Below are positions 16,938-20,000 of a stretch of 20,000 nucleotides of DNA, in pieces. The stretch comes from an uncultured virus (IMG/VR IMGVR_UViG_3300021963_000039) (taxonomy: Duplodnaviria > Heunggongvirae > Uroviricota > Caudoviricetes). The notes under the pieces were generated by a model. That model was not told where the DNA came from and ran no database searches. It was given only the letters and a program-made list of their open reading frames with translations. The position numbers and the translations under genes are program-made. The stretch lies in the IMG/VR virus record IMGVR_UViG_3300021963_000039. The stretch is one strand, 5' to 3'. The first letter of the stretch is position 1, and every line of letters starts with the position of its first letter.

Positions 16938-17624
16938 TCAATTGTCATTACCATCTAAATCTACAGAAAGAGTACAATAAACATTACCAGATATAGAAAT
17001 CCTATATTCATCACTAGTATAAAATGGATTTACTGAATGATTCAAAGATGCTGGAAAAAATGCCATTTTCCATTCCCAAGTCTTATCTATAGGTAATGTT
17101 TTTTTAGATATTTTACCCAAACTGGTAGTATATGTAAATGTAAACAAAGAAGTTAATGGGTGATTCGCACTATATCTGGAAAGTTCTTCATTTAAATCAT
17201 ATGGTATTTTAACCCAAATAACAAAAGAGAAAGATGATGAATGATTATGTATTGGATTAAAATCATACTTTTTAGCAAAATTAACCCATAAATTTTTTAA
17301 TTCATATTCAAATTTAATTTTCTCATTATAATTACAATAATATTGTGATGTTATTTCTTGAGAAGGATTACCATTATTGAATAATTTATCATATTCAACC
17401 GATAAAGTTTCCACCAAATATTTTATATTTGGAGTTATAGGAATTTCATATTCCTGTTCTAGATGCCCCACTAAGGTATGTCTTACATCTTCATATTCTT
17501 TAGAATTATTTTGAACTTTTTTTGTAGTTTCTTCTAATTCTTCTCTAACACAATCCGGAACGGTGCAAGTTAAAAAACCCGGAGAATCAAAAATGTGAGA
17601 ATTGAAATTATAATCAAATAACAT
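16938..17624 (-). CDS. Phage 2OG-Fe(II) oxygenase-like protein
   Basis: LWVNF...FNPIHNHS...SFVIWV...FFPASLNHSVNPF...RISISGN; AT-rich. Confidence 0.8.
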   Translation of the reverse strand: MLFDYNFNSHIFDSPGFLTCTVPDCVREELEETTKKVQNNSKEYEDVRHTLVGHLEQEYEIPITPNIKYLVETLSVEYDKLFNNGNPSQEITSQYYCNYNEKIKFEYELKNLWVNFAKKYDFNPIHNHSSSFSFVIWVKIPYDLNEELSRYSANHPLTSLFTFTYTTSLGKISKKTLPIDKTWEWKMAFFPASLNHSVNPFYTSDEYRISISGNVYCTLSVDLDGNDN

Positions 17625-17627
17625 AAT

Positions 17628-17646
17628 TTTTAAGAGATTTCATACT
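17628..17646. repeat. 19-bp direct repeat, copy 2
   Basis: ttttaagagatttcatact, identical to 16893-16911. Confidence 0.9.
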
Positions 17647-18167
17647 GATTCTTCAATTAATTTATAAAGTTTAGATGCAAAATCATCTCTATGTGTGTAA
17701 ACTACATTTTTTGCAATAAAGGTAATATCATTATAATCAACTCTAAAAGACACATTAGAATCTTTTACTTTAGCGTTTTTGATGCAAGCATCCCAAGAAC
17801 AAATACCAACAGTATAATTTTTAGTGTCCCATAGAAGCATATGGTCAAAGGTTTTCTCAGGCAACCCTAAATTTTTACCCTGGAAGTTCTTAAGAGTTAT
17901 TTCTTTAGTATATGGTTTAGTTTTTAAGAACATTCCATCAATTCCCTTTGATTCATATGAAAGTCCATCAATTATTCCAATAAAGTCTCTACCATTTTCA
18001 GTATTTCCAACATAACGAAGTTGTCCTCCACTATGTTTTGCAATTGAAATTTCTTGGACTTCCGCTCTTAATGGTCTGGTCTGATTTCTCTTAAGACCAT
18101 CAGTAGATTTAATTACGCCAAAAATTTCAGAAAAATTAAATAGTTTTGGATCAATCATAATATTCAT
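17640..18167 (-). CDS. Hypothetical protein, possible PD-(D/E)xK nuclease fold
   Basis: Helix with E (AEVQE), then GRDF...YESKG spacing typical of E...D...ExK. Confidence 0.45.
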   Translation of the reverse strand: MNIMIDPKLFNFSEIFGVIKSTDGLKRNQTRPLRAEVQEISIAKHSGGQLRYVGNTENGRDFIGIIDGLSYESKGIDGMFLKTKPYTKEITLKNFQGKNLGLPEKTFDHMLLWDTKNYTVGICSWDACIKNAKVKDSNVSFRVDYNDITFIAKNVVYTHRDDFASKLYKLIEESV

Positions 18168-18363
18168 AATCAGGTTGGTTATACTTCAAATATTCTCTAA
18201 AGGTTAATTTCATTTCCTTGTGCGTCATACCACAATGTTTTGCGGCAGCAGGAACAGTCATTTTAGCGCGAAACAAACCTTCATTTGCTTCTTTTACATT
18301 TTCCGGAGTTGTCTTGACCGGAACCTCACACAACGATGCCTTGTCAATCTTATATGAGTTCAT
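18151..18363 (-). CDS. Small conserved hypothetical protein, HTH-like
   Basis: MTVPAAAKHCGMTHKEMK resembles a helix-turn-helix; ATG 18363 overlaps the upstream stop. Confidence 0.65.
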   Translation of the reverse strand: MNSYKIDKASLCEVPVKTTPENVKEANEGLFRAKMTVPAAAKHCGMTHKEMKLTFREYLKYNQPDYEYYD

Positions 18364-18599
18364 TTTAGGCAACTCACAACAATTTTAGTGTCTCTGGTTG
18401 CCTCTGCCATCTCACGATAACCAGTCCCTACATAAATCTGCCCGCCAACTACAGCGACCGCACAGGCACCCCAGAAGATATAATACCATTTGGATTTAAC
18501 TTGATGTTGTTTCTTAATTTCATCAAGTTCATCGTGAATATCTTGATGATGAAACCTCAAGGGTTTCTGTATGAGTTCTCTTAATTTCTTATTTTTCAT
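18360..18599 (-). CDS. Small membrane-anchored hypothetical protein
   Basis: Hydrophobic WYYIFWGACAVAVVGGQIYVG; ATGA overlap with gp44. Confidence 0.7.
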   Translation of the reverse strand: MKNKKLRELIQKPLRFHHQDIHDELDEIKKQHQVKSKWYYIFWGACAVAVVGGQIYVGTGYREMAEATRDTKIVVSCLK

Positions 18600-19555
18600 T
18601 TAAACTCAACCTCACACATAATTTCCGTTAGTGCCGCCAAAAGATTTATCTCTTGGTCCATTACAAAACAACACTGATATTGATATTTAGATATAATAAG
18701 AATAGCAGAAGGAATGGTAGATGGCACTAGACATTCATAAAGAGCATCATAAATCTTACGAAGAATAGCGGAGGCATCATTATCCAAGTTCTTTACCACC
18801 CAGTTTCTAACCTCCGTAAAGTTCTTATCTTTAAGATGTTTCATAAGGTCATTTATGGCAATATCAGAAAAGGAAGCAAGAATACCGGAGTCAATTGTTC
18901 CGCCGGCAGAATATCGCTGAAGAACATTTAGTAGTTGTCGCGTATCCGGGAAATAATTCTTTACGAGTTCGAGTATAACTTTTTTATCATAATCGATTTT
19001 TTCCTGTTCGAGTATATGAGACATCCTCTTAAAGATGTCGGACATCATCTGCGGTTTTTCTTCTTTCTGGATGGGCGTATATTTGAGAACAACACATCTT
19101 GATTGAATTGGTTCAATAATTTTATTCAGGTTGTTACAAGTAAAAATAAAGCACACATTATTATGAAGTTGCTCTATCACCCCACGAAGACACAGCATTA
19201 CATCATTTGTGGTCCCATCGAACTCATCAAAGAACACAACCTTCTTCTTGTCATTAAACATCGAAACTGTGGTTCCAAAATTAATGACTTGATTGCGAAC
19301 CGTATCCAAGTATCTTCCTTCTGAAGACCCATTTAGAAACAAAACATCTTGCTTTGTAATTTTACATAGTGTTTTGATTGTTTGAGTTTTACCACACCCC
19401 TGCGAACCCTGAAGAATAAGATTTTGATTTAATTGACCTTCCTTAGCGACATTAAGAAAGAACTCCTTAACATTTTTAGTGAGAATCAAATCTTCAACAG
19501 ATTGTGGGGACCATCGTTCTACCCAGAGAAATGGTTTATTGTCAGTTAATTCCAT
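18596..19555 (-). CDS. gp44: Clamp loader large subunit (gp44, RFC-like AAA+)
   Basis: FLWVE, Walker A GSQGCGKT, Walker B FFDEFD, FIFTCN, PIQSRC, DQEIN. Confidence 0.93.
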   Translation of the reverse strand: MELTDNKPFLWVERWSPQSVEDLILTKNVKEFFLNVAKEGQLNQNLILQGSQGCGKTQTIKTLCKITKQDVLFLNGSSEGRYLDTVRNQVINFGTTVSMFNDKKKVVFFDEFDGTTNDVMLCLRGVIEQLHNNVCFIFTCNNLNKIIEPIQSRCVVLKYTPIQKEEKPQMMSDIFKRMSHILEQEKIDYDKKVILELVKNYFPDTRQLLNVLQRYSAGGTIDSGILASFSDIAINDLMKHLKDKNFTEVRNWVVKNLDNDASAILRKIYDALYECLVPSTIPSAILIISKYQYQCCFVMDQEINLLAALTEIMCEVEFK

Positions 19556-19558
19556 AAT

Positions 19559-20000
19559 TTAATTTATCCACGAAGGTTTTCTTGACGGCATACGAAGATA
19601 ATTATCTCTAACCCAAGTCTTGGTGTTAATGTAATTCTTGTAAGCAGTAAAAGTGTCAATAGTTGTATCCAGTTTAATTTCATCAGGCATCGCACGAGCA
19701 AAAGGAGTTACATCAGTAATTTTACCTTTTGGGAATAGATAGTATGCCCCCAAAAGAGTATTATAGCACGAATGAGGTTTTCCGTACCTCAAATGAAACT
19801 CATCACAAAGATTCATTCCGTGCTTAATTAACCAATAGGCATTATCAATTGATTTTGCCGCCCACTGGGTACAGGGATGATTACGAAATGCTCCTTTTTC
19901 TGTGGAGTATGGCATCCCATCTTTTTTAGCGAGAGTTCCATAGTTATGATACCATTTGGATGCCACGATAGAAAGCATTTGACAACACTCAAGAGGCATT
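19559..20000 (-). CDS. Pyrimidine-dimer DNA glycosylase (DenV-like family) protein, 5' end outside the window
   Basis: MPLECCQMLS, HPCTQWA, RYGKPHSC, ARAMPDE, AYKNY motifs. Confidence 0.7.
   Translation of the reverse strand, partial: MPLECCQMLSIVASKWYHNYGTLAKKDGMPYSTEKGAFRNHPCTQWAAKSIDNAYWLIKHGMNLCDEFHLRYGKPHSCYNTLLGAYYLFPKGKITDVTPFARAMPDEIKLDTTIDTFTAYKNYINTKTWVRDNYLRMPSRKPSWIN

Noticed and set aside
3411..19324. All plus-strand ORFs in the track (e.g. 4848-5147, 6500-6829, 9265-9603, 12286-12624, 14041-14532)
   Set aside because: They are antisense shadows of well-supported minus-strand genes, with no motifs and mostly non-ATG starts
1..20000. GATC enrichment linked to Dam
   Set aside because: Hand count of about 62 is close to the roughly 65 expected from estimated base composition
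1..20000. tRNA genes, CRISPR arrays or stop-codon reassignment
   Set aside because: No cloverleaf or spaced repeats seen; TAA, TAG and TGA all end genes at the expected positions

Overview
AT-rich segment of a T4-like myovirus genome, most likely a cyanophage-type (Kyanoviridae-like) phage, with every credible gene on the minus strand. In transcription order (right to left) it holds: a partial pyrimidine-dimer glycosylase-like gene, clamp loader gp44, two small hypotheticals, a possible PD-(D/E)xK nuclease, a 2OG-Fe(II) oxygenase, Dam, gp62, regA, a ParB/Srx-like cassette, hsp20, two conserved hypotheticals, DNA polymerase gp43, a 45-aa ORF missed by the track, uvsX, an Asp/Asn-hydroxylase-like oxygenase, helicase gp41, mazG, a late-promoter cluster (nucleotidyltransferase plus probable virion/internal proteins), primase gp61 and the 5' end of nrdA. 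The most notable observations are: a ROSE-like thermometer hairpin over the hsp20 RBS; an exact 19-bp duplication of the dam start flanking an oxygenase gene; strong CCGG over-representation; a capsid-targeting-like N-terminus on the nucleotidyltransferase; a self-contained ParB-like cassette with a structured leader; and divergent patches at catalytic motifs of the replication genes. All homology calls come from motif recognition, not database searches.
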